Assembly (NCBI RefSeq): GCF_030684315.1
Contig: NC_081362.1
Location: 96,517,187 to 96,581,186 of the forward strand
DNA: 64,000 nt
Direction of reading: 5' to 3'
From: Stegostoma tigrinum
Taxonomy: Eukaryota
In this document: positions 10,955 to 22,169 of the stretch, piece by piece
How the letters are laid out: every line of letters starts with the position of its first letter
Position numbering within the stretch: the first letter of the stretch is position 1
The notes under the pieces: model-generated
Databases searched by the model: none
The model's input: the letters and a program-made list of their open reading frames with translations, nothing else
Told to the model about the DNA's origin: nothing
Position numbers and translations under genes: made by a program

Positions 10955-13900
10955 CAGAGTATAAATAGGTCATTATCGCCCAGCTAGCCTGATCTGCCAT
11001 TCAGAACATCATAGATGATCTCTTTGTTGAGAATTCCATCCACCCCAATAGCTTTTGGTCCACTTACGTCTTAAATAAATCCCCACTCCACCACCTCTGA
11101 TGCAGAGTGTTCCAAATGTGCACAACCGCCTGACAGAAAGAGGAAATAAACAAACTCCTCATCTCTGTCCCAAGAGGTCAATCACGAAATATAAACAGTT
11201 TATCCTGGTCTGGACTCAACAACAAGAGGAAACATCCTTTCCACATTCGCCTTATCAAGGCCATAAAGGATCTGATACACTTCAATCAAGACGCCCCTCA
11301 CTCTTCTAAACTCCAGGGGAAACAAGTTCAGTCTGTCCAACATTTCCTCATCAAACATCCCACTCCTTCCAGAGGTTAATCCAGTCAGCCTTCTCTGAGC
11401 CACTTCCAATACATTTACATCTTTCCTTCAATCAGGCAATCAAAATTGCACACAGGATTTAAGATGTGGTCTCACTAATGCCTGGGGTAACTGCAACACA
11501 CTATACTTTCCTTTTAATGTTCCATTCTTCTGAAAAATGAAGGCTAGCATCCCATCAGTTTTCTTGATTCCATGCTGCACTTGTATCCTCACACTTTGTG
11601 ACTCACATCAGAAAATATAGATCCATTCGCACTTTGGAATTCTGAGGTTGTTCTCCTGAGCATTTAATGCTCTGCTTCTTTATTCTTCCTGTAAAAGAGA
11701 GCAACTTCATATGTTGCTGCATTATTCTTCATCTGACAAGTTGAATGTGTGAACAAAACTCTATCACTATCCATCTACAACACCTTATGAAGTCTTCACA
11801 ACACAATTTCCAACCTAACTTGCACTGGCTGTTAACTTAGTTAACATGCCCACTCTCTTATCTTGATGTAAGTTGTAAAATGTTGAGGCCCCAGCCCAGA
11901 TTGCTGTGGGATTCCACCCATCACTCCGACTAATCAGAAAGAAACTTATTTCTGCAATTTCACTGTTTTCTGCCAGCTAGCTAGCCAATCTACTGTCCGT
12001 GATGATGCATTTCCCAAGCTAATTCCAGGAATGGTGGGTCTGACATACGAGTCGGGTTTGACTGAGTTGAGATTGTTTTTGCTGGAGTTGAGATGTATGA
12101 GGGATGATATCATAGAGACTTGTACAATTCTAACAGGACTTGACAGGGTAGATGCAGGGAGGATGATCCCGATGGTAGGTGAGTTCAGAACCAGGGATCT
12201 AGGTTTTGGGATAGATCATTTAGTACAGAGATGAGAAGGCTTTTCTCAACTCAAAAGTGTAGTAAGCCTTTGGAATTCATTACCACAGGAAGGAATTGAT
12301 GCCAAAGCATTGAATATATACAAGAGCCGAAAAAAAAGCACAAGGAGTGAATCGGATCAACAGTTATGAGGAGAAAGCAGAACGAGGCCATTGAGTTGGA
12401 TGATCGGCCATGATCGTGATGAATGGCAAAGCAGGCTCGAAGGGCCTAATGACCTTCTCCTGCACTTATCTTCTATGTTTCTATGTTACTCCTGACACTA
12501 TGAACTTTTATCTGCTGCAGTAACCCTTGATGTAACACTTCGTAAAATGCTTTCTGTAAATCCAAGTACAGTATATCCACCAGCTTCCCTTTATCCACAG
12601 CATACGCTATTCCATCAAACAGTCTAATGAATTGGTTTAACATCATTTCACTGTCACAAAACTATGTTGACTCTTCCCAATTATTTCAAATTTTCCCAAG
12701 TATTCAGTAAAAGCCAGTTTAATGATTAATTACAGGACTGCCTCTATTATCGACAAAAAGTCAGCTGGCCAAAAGTTCATTTCTTCTGCAATGGAAGCAA
12801 TATATTTGCCACAGTTCAGTCTTACTTTCCTGGAATCTAGGGAACTTTAGAAAATTTACTGCAATCACATCCACTGCTCCCTGAGACAACTCTTTAAATT
12901 CTAAAGGCTGAAGCATGTCTTGACACCAAAATGTCTCACATCACAGTTTCCATCAGTTTATTCAATACCATGGTTGTAATTTCACAACATTCTTCTCTTT
13001 CATTCAGCTCCTGGTTTGCAGCTGTTGCTGAAATGGTTTTTTGATATCCTTAATATTGAAGGAAAAAGCAAAATATGTGAGCATTTCATCTATCATTTCC
13101 TTATTATCTATCAACTGCTTAATGTGAAGATTTTTTCACATTATTCATTATTTTTCTGTCTAATTTCTCCCTCCTAATTAATTCTTCAATTGTTCTGTCA
13201 TTTCTTAGACTCTGACTAATCTTCTGGCCCACTGCTCATATTTGGCGATAGTAAGGACGAAGATTCAGGAAGCCAGAATCCACAAACATGGAGCTGGAAA
13301 AGCACAACAGGTCAGACAGCATCCGAGGAGCAGGGAGGTCAGTGTTTCAGGTCCTGACGAAGGGCTTCAGCCCAAAACATTGACTTCCTTGCTCTTCGGA
13401 TGCTCTTTGACCTGCTGTGCTTTTCCAGCTTCACATTTGTTAACTGCTATTCATTCTTGCACAGTTACATGCTTTTGCTCGAGTTTGATGCTTTCCCTCA
13501 CTTCTTTCATGACCAAGGATGGTGGATTATCATTCAGTAATTTTCCTTTATCACAGCAATATATTTACTCTGAGCATTCTGAAATACTCCCTTAAATGTC
13601 TGTCACTGTGTCTCCACTGATATTTTCCCCTCACTTCACAGGCCTGTTCATTCCAACGAGTTCAGCTTTCATTCCCACGTAGTCAATCCTCAATTTAAAA
13701 TACTACTCTCTGATCGAGTCTCCTTTCAAACTGAATGTAAAAGTCAATCATATTGTGGTCATTGCTACCCAGGAGGGCCTTTCCTCTGAAACCATTACTC
13801 CTGTCACATTCCACAATGCCAAGTCTAATATAACCTACTGTCTGATTGTTTCTGACAGCAGCATTTTACAGAATCACTTTCCAAAGAAACCAATGAACTC
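10955..13900 (-). mobile_element. Old CR1-like fragments (minus) with a nested plus-strand CR1 3' end at ~12015-12490
   Basis: AQRRLT…LNLFPLEFRRVRGVLIEVYQIL on minus; MVGLTYE…LELRCMRDDIIET and a ctatgtttctatgtt tail on plus. Confidence 0.7.
13278..13445. mobile_element. Older inverted-repeat Penelope-tail element
   Basis: gagctggaaaagcacaacaggtca…catccgag is inverted against ttcggatg…tgacctgctgtgcttttccagct, with an internal ctgacgaagggc…gcccaaaac core. Confidence 0.65.
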
Positions 13901-14606
13901 TTCATCCAGGCTACTGTTATCAATCTGATTTCTCCAGGTTATACCTGGATTTAAGTCACTCATGATGTTCCCCTTTTCACAGGCACCCAATGTTTCTTCT
14001 TGTACACTTTCTTCCACACTGGCTCCTGCTGTGGGGCCTGTAGATCACTCCCATGAACGATTTCATTCCTTTACTGTTCCTGACCTCAATCCAAACCGAT
14101 TCTATAACATAATCTCCTGGACCAAGGGCATCCCCTGCTGTTATACCAATGCCAGAGAGAAGCCCTTTCAGCCTCCTCTAACATTCATGGCTGATCATCT
14201 AACTCAGTCCCTTGTTCCTTATTGTAAGATTTAAAGGGTCAGCCTGTCTTCTGGGACTGGATTCATCATCCAGTCACCTTCTGACCCCAGATCAAGCTGA
14301 AAGAGGATGGGCACAATGTTTGTTTAGGATGGAATTGTGTTTTTATATCTTAAATCACTCCCTACCCACACCATCCCATTAATTCCCCAAAACAACTTTG
14401 TTTCTTTTTTCTCTGGGCTTTTGCTGCTTTCTCTGTTTGGAGTTAACTTTACAAGAACTAATTTCTACAAGAAATCTCCACTGGAAACCATGGGTAACAT
14501 CCTGCATGCTCAAACTTTAAGGTTCCGGCCCTTACAGCCTGTTTGATGCTTGTAATCGTTTCAATTGTCCATTTTCAGTTCACAGACTCCAGAATCCTTG
14601 TGGGTT

Positions 14607-15520
14607 GGAGACAGCAAGAACTGCAGATGCTGGAGTCAGAGTCAATACAGTGTGGAGCTGAAAGAACACCCCAGCTAAGGCAGCATTAGAAGACCAGGAG
14701 AGTTGATGTTTTGGGCCGAGTCATCAGGCCTGGAGAGGGGGAGGGGAGCTGGGAAATAAATAAAGGGAGTTTAGTGGGGCTGTGGGAAGCTAGGTGGGAT
14801 GGCAATAGGTGGATACAGGTAGGGGGAAAAGCGATTGGTCAGTAGGATAGCTGGAGCAGATAGATGGGGAAGAAGATGGACAGGTGGTGTCAGATCAAGG
14901 AGGTGAGGATGAGTTGGTTATGAGTTGAGCCCTTGGGTGGGAAGATTTTGAAACTACTGAATTCCATGTTCAGGCCATCAGGCCATACACTCCTAAGGTG
15001 GAACATGAGGTGTTGTTTCTCCAGTTTGCGTGTGGTACTGGATGAGGCCCAGGATGGACATGTCACCAAGAGACTGAGCGGGAGTTAAAATGGTTCGCAT
15101 CCCGAAGATATTGTTGATTATCGCATACAAAGCACAGCTGCTCCACAAATATATCACTGAGCCTGTGCTTTTTCTCAACAGTGTAGGAGAGGCCACATCG
15201 TTACCAAGGATAGTGGATCACCCATTTGGAGATTTTCCTTTTTCATAGCAATGTACTTACACCGAGGTTTCTGAAATACCCTCTCAAATGTCTGTCACTG
15301 CGTCTCTATTGATCCTTTTCCTTCACTTCACTTGCTGGTTCACAGATGCAGTAGCCCAGGTTGGATGAGACACAGGTGAACCCCTGTTGGACATGGACAG
15401 TTTACTTTGGGCCTTGGATGGAGGTGTAGGGACATGTGTTATAGCTCCTGCGGTGATAGGGAAAGGTGATGGATGTGGTGGGACTGGTGAACCGGATGAG
15501 GGAGCCACAGGCTGGCCTTG
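14607..15520 (-). mobile_element. Old Penelope-like fragments
   Basis: Diverged similarity to the 3' tail and GIY-YIG region of the other Penelope copies. Confidence 0.65.
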
Positions 15521-16336
15521 CTCCCCTTCTGGGTCCCAGCTTCCTTTGAAGGGCTACACCCTGCTAACCACAGAGAGGGATCCTGTCGGCAAAGAGTTTC
15601 CTGGGATTCCCATCTTCCGACAGTGCAGTGAGCTTTTTTTCCTTTATTCATTCTCAGGATGAGGGTGTCCCTCCTCCATCCCTAATTGCCCAGAATTCAT
15701 TGCCCATCCCTAATTGCCCAGTAGGCAGTTTTGAGTCAACCACATTGCTGTAGGTCTGGAGTCACATGCAGACCTGACCAGGGAAGGATAGACAATAGAC
15801 ACTAGGTGCAGGAGTAGGCCATTCAGCCCGATGAGCCAGCATCACCATTCATTATGATCATGGCTGATCATCCACAATCAGTATCCTGTTCCTGCCTTAT
15901 CCCCATAACCCTTGATTCCACAAGGCATTTTTATTCCTGAAAGTAGTAGTGAACCAAATGGGTATTTTGCAACAATCGACAATGGGTTCATGGATTCGCA
16001 ATTCCAGACATTTTTATTGAGTTCAAATTCTGCCTCAGAACCCGGGTCCCCAGAATGTTACCTGGGTCTCTGGATTAACAGTCCAGTGATCACGCAATGA
16101 GACCATAGCCTCTCCTTGTATTGCCTGTGAAATATGATTCCAACTTCCCAAAATTACAACTGACAAGATCGCCCCTTGCACCTTCAAGTCGGAAGAGATA
16201 TTTGGTTTCATCAATGGGTGCAGATTTGATCATAAATATTTGCTTTTACACATACACCCCTGAAAATGTCCCCATGTAACCAGGCACCTTTACTTATTGT
16301 GATCATTGTTCCTTCTAATTGAACTCTGTGTAAGAT

Positions 16337-16428
16337 ATAACACGGTGCAGAGCTGCAGGAACATAACGGGCCAGACAGCATCAGAGGAGCAGGAAAGCTG
16401 ACGTTTCGGGTTGGGACCCTTCTTCAGA
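16337..16428 (-). mobile_element. 92-bp Penelope-tail insertion carrying a minimal hammerhead-ribozyme core
   Basis: 15-bp TSD aactctgtgtaagat at 16322-16336 and 16429-16443. The minus strand reads CTGAAGA-AGGGT-ccca-ACCC-GAAAC-GTC. Confidence 0.75.
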
Positions 16429-16613
16429 AACTCTGTGTAAGATGTTGTTGGATCACGTTCACACATCGACACGTTTAATCCAGATTTTACTCTGTTTTGA
16501 GGCGATAACTTCCACTGTATAAGTGACGATGTTGTCACGTTCATTTCTTTGTGAGATGGTAATTTAATCATCATATTTGGAACAAAATTAATATAATATT
16601 AGAGAGTACTTAC

Positions 16614-16967
16614 TGGTTACATTCAGGCGGGTTCCGTTTCCATAGATCTTCCCCCAAATCTCACAGATGTAGGTGTTGGTGTCAGTGAGCGCCAGGTCTC
16701 TGATGGTCAGAATGTAGCTGTTACTGGTTACATTTCTGGAAAGCTGGAACCGCTCAGAGAATCCTCTCGATCGGTAAACACGGCCGTTTCTAAAATGAGT
16801 CAATATCACAGGCCCACCACGTGAATGGTGCCAGTGTTGAACAAATCTGTTCACAGTAAGAGCAGCTCTGCTGCTTCGCAAATCACAGCGAAATGTCACT
16901 GTGCCACCCTCAGTCACTGTCACAGCTTCAGGGGATTGGAGAAGAGTTGTCTGTGTATCCACCCGAC
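16614..16967 (-). CDS. Germline-joined VJ-type Ig V exon V1 (intact)
   Basis: Acceptor ttttgattcacag|GT CGG, donor ACC A|gtaagt, 354 nt, phase 1-1. B-strand VTFRC, C-strand W, RF.LSR, YILTIRDL, DTNTYIC, J-like YGNGTRLNVT in the same exon. Confidence 0.92.
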
Positions 16968-17145
16968 CTGTGAATCAAAAGGAACTCAGATCAGAACATA
17001 ATAAACACCTTCAAATGCGTCTACATTTACACATACGTATTCAGTGTTGTTATCATTGGTTTTGCAGGCGGCTTATTTTAAATGTAAAATTAATACAAAG
17101 TACTGTCAGTGCTGGAGATCTGAACTAAACAAAAACAGAATTCAG

Positions 17146-19015
17146 ATAACAAAGTGTAGAGCTGGATGAACACAGCAGGCCAAGCAGCATCTCGGGAGGA
17201 GGAAAGGAACGCCCAGTCCCTACACACCTGTATTCCGCATGCAGATGGCCTCAAGGCCCTCCACTTCTTCCTGTCCTGCAGGCCCGACCAGTCCCCCTCC
17301 ACCGACACCCTCATCTGCCTAGCATAGCTCGTCTTCACCCTCAACAACTTCTCTTTCAATTCCTCCCACTTCCTACAGACAAAGGGGGTGGCCATGGGCA
17401 CCCGCATGGGCCCAAGCTATGCCTGCCTCTTTGTAGGTTACATGGAACAGTCCCTCTTCCGCACCTACACAGGCCCCAAACCCCATCTCTTGCTCCGTTA
17501 CATTGATGACTGTATCGGCGCCGCCTCTTGCTCCCCAGAGAAGCTCGAATAGTTCTTCCACTTCACCAACACCTTCCACCCCAACCTCAAGTTCACCTGG
17601 GCCATCTCCAGCACATCCCTCACCTTCCTGGACCTCTCTGTCTCCATCTCAGGTAACCAGCTAGAAACTGATGTCCATTTCAAGCCGACCAACTCCCAAA
17701 GCTACCTGGAATACACCTCCTCCCAACCACCCTCCTGCAAAAATTCCATCCCCTATTCCCAATTCCTTTGCCTCTGCCGCATCTGCTCCCAGGATGAGGC
17801 ATTCCACTCCCACACATCCCAGATGTCCACGTTCTTCAAAGACCGCAACTTTCCCCCCACAGTGATCGAGAACGCCCTTGACCGCGTCTCCCACATTTCC
17901 CGGAACACATCCCTCACACCCCGCCCCCGCCACAACCGCCCAAAGAGGATCCCCCTTGTTCTCACACACCACCCCACCAACCTCCGGATACAACGCATCA
18001 TCCTCCGACACTTCTGCCATCTACAATCCGACCCCACCACCCAAGACATTTTTCCATCCCCACCCTTGTCTGCATTCCGGACAGACCACTCTCTCCATGA
18101 CTCCCTTGTCCGCTCCACACTCCCCTCCAACCCCACCACACCTGGCACCTTCCCCTGCAACCGCAGGAAATGCTACACTTGCCCCCACACCTCCACCCTC
18201 ACCCCCATCCCAGGCCCCAAGATGGCCTTCCTTATTAAGCAGATGTTCACCTGCACATCTGCCAATGTGGTATACTGCATCCACTGTACCCGGTGTGGCT
18301 TTCTGTACATTGGAGAAACCAAGCGGAGGCTTGGGGATCGCTTTGCAGAACACCTCCGCTCGGTTCGCAATAAACAACTGCACCTCCCAGTTGCGAACCA
18401 TTTCAACTCCCCCTCCCATTCTTTAGACAACATGTCCATCATGGGCCTCCTGCAGTGCCATAAAAATGCCTCCTGAAGGTGGCAGGAATAGTAACTCATA
18501 TTCCTCTTGGGAACCCTGCAGCCCAATGGTATCAATGTGGACTTCATAAGCTTCAAAATCCCCCCTTCCCCCAATGCATCCCAAAACAAGCCCAGCTTGT
18601 TCCCTCCCCCCACTGCAACCCAAAATCAGCCCAGCTTGTCCCCACCTCCCTAACCTGATCTTCCTCTCACCTATCCCTTCCTCCCACCTCAAGCTGCACC
18701 TCCATTTCCTACCTATTAACCTCATCCCGCCTCGTTGACGTGTCCGTCTTCCCTAGACTGACCTATCCCCTCCCTACATCCCCACCTATAATCTCCTCTC
18801 TACCTGTCTTCTTTTCTCTCCATCTTTGGTCCTCCTCCCCCTCTCTTCCTATTTATTCCAGAACCCTCTCCTCATCCACCTCTCTGATGAAGGGTCTGGG
18901 CCCGAAACATCAGCTTTTGTGGTCCTGAGATGCTGCTTGGCCTGCTGTGTTCATCCAGCTCCACACTTTGTTATCTTGGATTCTCCAGCATCTGCAGTTC
19001 CCATCATCTCAGATC
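17146..19015 (+). mobile_element. Penelope-like element (RT + GIY-YIG), 5'-truncated, with inverted terminal copy of its 3' tail
   Basis: RT motifs GVAMGTRMGPSYA and RYIDD, GIY-YIG NVVYCIHCTRCGFLYIGETKR. 17146-17200 is the reverse complement of ~18923-18978. 11-bp TSD acagaattcag at 17135-17145 and 19016-19026. Confidence 0.92.
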
Positions 19016-19726
19016 ACAGAATTCAGCGTATCTGGCAGTGTCTGTGGAGAGAGAAAATGAGTGAATGTTTTCAGCCGAGTGACCCTGCTTCAGAGCTAAC
19101 CTGAGCAAAATAGTGCAGATTCTGGAAATCTGAAATATACAAAAGAACACATTAAGCACAGGAGAAACTCAGCAAGTCTGGCAGGATCTGTGGAGAGAAA
19201 AGCAGAGAATTTATTTCAAGTTTGTGACCTCTCACCAGGCCATACTATTTTTTTCCACATTGCCCTGATGTGACCAGCAATTCCACGGGATAAGGTCAAC
19301 CCAAAAACGGAGAAACTGTGATTGAATCTGCCATTCCTGCTGCAGATTTATACTTCAATGCTGTTAGTTATGGCAATGGTCATTAGGATGAACAGGATAA
19401 AACAGGAAATCTGCCAGTTTGATGAGATTTTTAAATTTCCAGCTCAAAAGACTGGCGTATGGTGCGAGAAAAGAGGCTTCTTAATCTCATCTATTTAATC
19501 TCATCCTTGCAGAATGACAAAGCTACCATATCCCAGTATCCAGGGGTCCATGATCAATCTGGAAAGGAATGTGCTTTGGAGTTGGCCTCAATGTTGCTGG
19601 CCCTGCATGTTGTAGATTGTATCTGCCTCAGGTCCATGCAGAAATAACAGCAGTTTGTGTGTTTGTTAGTGTTTTTAAGTGTCTAATTCGTGTTTACAGC
19701 TTCCTTCTCCAGCAACCTCTAAATTA

Positions 19727-21900
19727 CGAGATAACAAGGTGTAGAGCTGGATGACCACAGCAGGTCAAGCAGCATCAGAGGAGCAGGATGTTTGAGGTCT
19801 TGACTCTTCTTCAGAAATGGGGGAGGGGAAGGGGGTTCTGAAATAAACAGGGAGAGAGGGGGAGGCAGATAGAAGATGGATAGAGGAGAAGATAGGGTGA
19901 GAGGAGACAGACAGTTCAAAGAGGCAGGGATGGAGCCAGTAAAGGTGAGTGTAGGTGAGGAGGTAGGGAGGAGATAGGTCAGTCCAAGGAGGACGGACAG
20001 GTCAAGGGGCCAGGATGAGGTTAGTCAGTTGGAGATGGGAGTGAGGCTTGAGGTGGGAGGAGTCGATAGGTGAAAGAAAGGATAGGTTAGGGAGGTGGGA
20101 TGGAGCTGGGCTGGTTTTGGGATGTGGTATGGGGGAGAGGAGATTTTGAAGCTTATGAAGCCCACATTGATACCCTGGGCTGCAGGGCTCTCAAGTGAAA
20201 TATGATGTGCTGTTCTGCAACCTTCGGGTGGCATTGTTGTGGCACTGCAGGAGGATCAGGATGGACATGCCGTCCAAGGAATGGGAGGGTGAGTTGAAAT
20301 GGTTTGCGACTGGAAAGTGCATTCGTTTGTCGTGATCCAAGCGTAGGTGTTCCACAAAGCTGTCCCCAAGCCTCCGCTTGGTTTCCCCGATGTAGAGGAG
20401 GCCACATTGCAAACTGCGGATACAGTATACCACATTAGCAGATGTGCAGGTGAACATTTGTTTGATGTGGAAGGTCTTCTTGGGATCGGGGTGAGGGGGT
20501 AGGTGTAGGGGCAGGTGTAGTACTTCCTGCGGTTGCAGGGAAAAGTGCTGGGTGTGGTGGGGTGGGTGAGGAGTTCGGAGCAGCCAAGAGAGTCATGGAG
20601 AGAGTGGTCCCTCTGGAAATCAGGTAAGGGTAGGGAGGGAAAAATATCTTTGGTGATGGAGCCAGATTGCAGATGGTAGAAGCGCTGAAGTATGATGCGT
20701 TGGATCCGGAGGTTAGTGGGTTGGTACATGAGGACAAGGGGGATTTTGTTTTGTTTGTTATTGCCGGGGATGGTGTGGTGTGAGGAATGAGTTATGAGAT
20801 ATGTGAGAGACTTGGTCGAGGGCATTTTTGGCCACTGTGGGGTGGAAGCTGTGGTCCTTGAAAAACGAGGACATCTGGGATATCCAGGAGAGGAATACCT
20901 CATCTCAGGAGCAGATGTAGCCAAGGCGAAGGAATTGGGAAAAGGGGATGGCATTTTTGCAGGTTGGTGGGTGAGAGGAGGCATATTCTAGATAGCTGTG
21001 GTAGCTGGTAGGCTTGAAATGAATATTGGTTTCTAGGTGGTTGCAAGAGGTGGAAACAGAGAGATCCAGGAATGAGAGAGAGGTATTAGAGATATGGTAG
21101 GGCACACTGACCTCTACATCGCAGAGGCCAAATGCCAGCTCTTGGACACCTCCTCCTTCCGCCCTCTTGATCATGACACAACCCCCGATCACCAAAACAT
21201 CATCTCCCAAACCATCCACAACCTCATCATCTCAGGTGACCTCCCGCCTGCAGCCTCCAACCTCATCGTTCCCCAACCCAGTACAGCCCGTTTCTATCTC
21301 CTTCCCAGAATCCAGAAACCTGACTGCCCTGGTTGACCCACCGTCTCTGCCTGCTCCTGCCTCATCGAACTTATCTCCAATTATCTCAACTCCATTTCCT
21401 CCTACTTGGTCCATGAACTCCCCACCTATGTCCGTGATACCACCCACGCCCTCCACCTCCTCCAAAACTTCTGATTCCCTGATCCCCAACACCTCATCTT
21501 TACCATGGACATCCAGTACCTATACTCTTGCATACCCCATGCAGATGGCCTAAAGGCTGTGGGAGTCGGAAGGCTTGAAATGCATAACGATTTCCAAGTG
21601 GTTGCCAGAGATGGAAACAGAGAGGTCCAGGAAAGACAAAGAGCTATCAGAGATAGTCCAGATAAACTTAAGGTTGGGGTGGAAGGTGTTTATGAAGTGG
21701 ATGAACTCGTCAAGCTCCCCATGGGGGCACGAGGCGGTGCCGATAATCAATTTAACGGAGGAAGAGGTGGGGGTTATGGCCAATGTAGATTCGGAATTCT
21801 TGCATTCCCCATACAGATGGTCTAGAGGCCCTTCGCCACTTCCTGTCCTGCAGGCCCGACCAGTCCCCCTCCACTGACACCATCATCCGCTTAACTGAAC
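19727..21900 (-). mobile_element. Penelope-like element, degenerate, with scrambled/inverted 5' portion
   Basis: Minus-strand GIY-YIG (CGLLYIGETKRRLGD) and RT C-terminus to ~21096, followed by alternating +/-/+ RT fragments (~21097-21556, ~21557-21790, ~21800-21900). Confidence 0.88.
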
Positions 21901-22169
21901 CATCTAGTTCATTAATGTCCTTTAGGGAAGGAAATCTGCCAGCCTTACCGAGCCTGGCCTACATGTGAGTCCAGATCCACAGCAATGGGCCTGACACTTA
22001 GCCGTACTCTGAAATAGCCCAGAAAGCCTCTCAGAGCAAGGGCAATAATGAATGGCAAAATATGTTAGCCTTGTCACTAACACCACATGTCCTCAAAAGC
22101 AAGTTTAAATAAAGTCAAAAGATATTTGTTTTCAGCAGTACTTGAGTTCTGCACTTCCAAAGTAGAGTC

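Noticed and set aside
14210-14297. Good minus-strand acceptor followed by LDLGSEGDWMMNPVPEDRLTL*
   Set aside because: Open only in phase 0 or 2. Phase-1 joining from V1 hits TGA at once, and there is no other support.
2234-16967. Interpretation as a rearranging TCR/Ig V array
   Set aside because: J-like G strands and splice donors are fused to each V. No RSS, D, J or C exon was seen.
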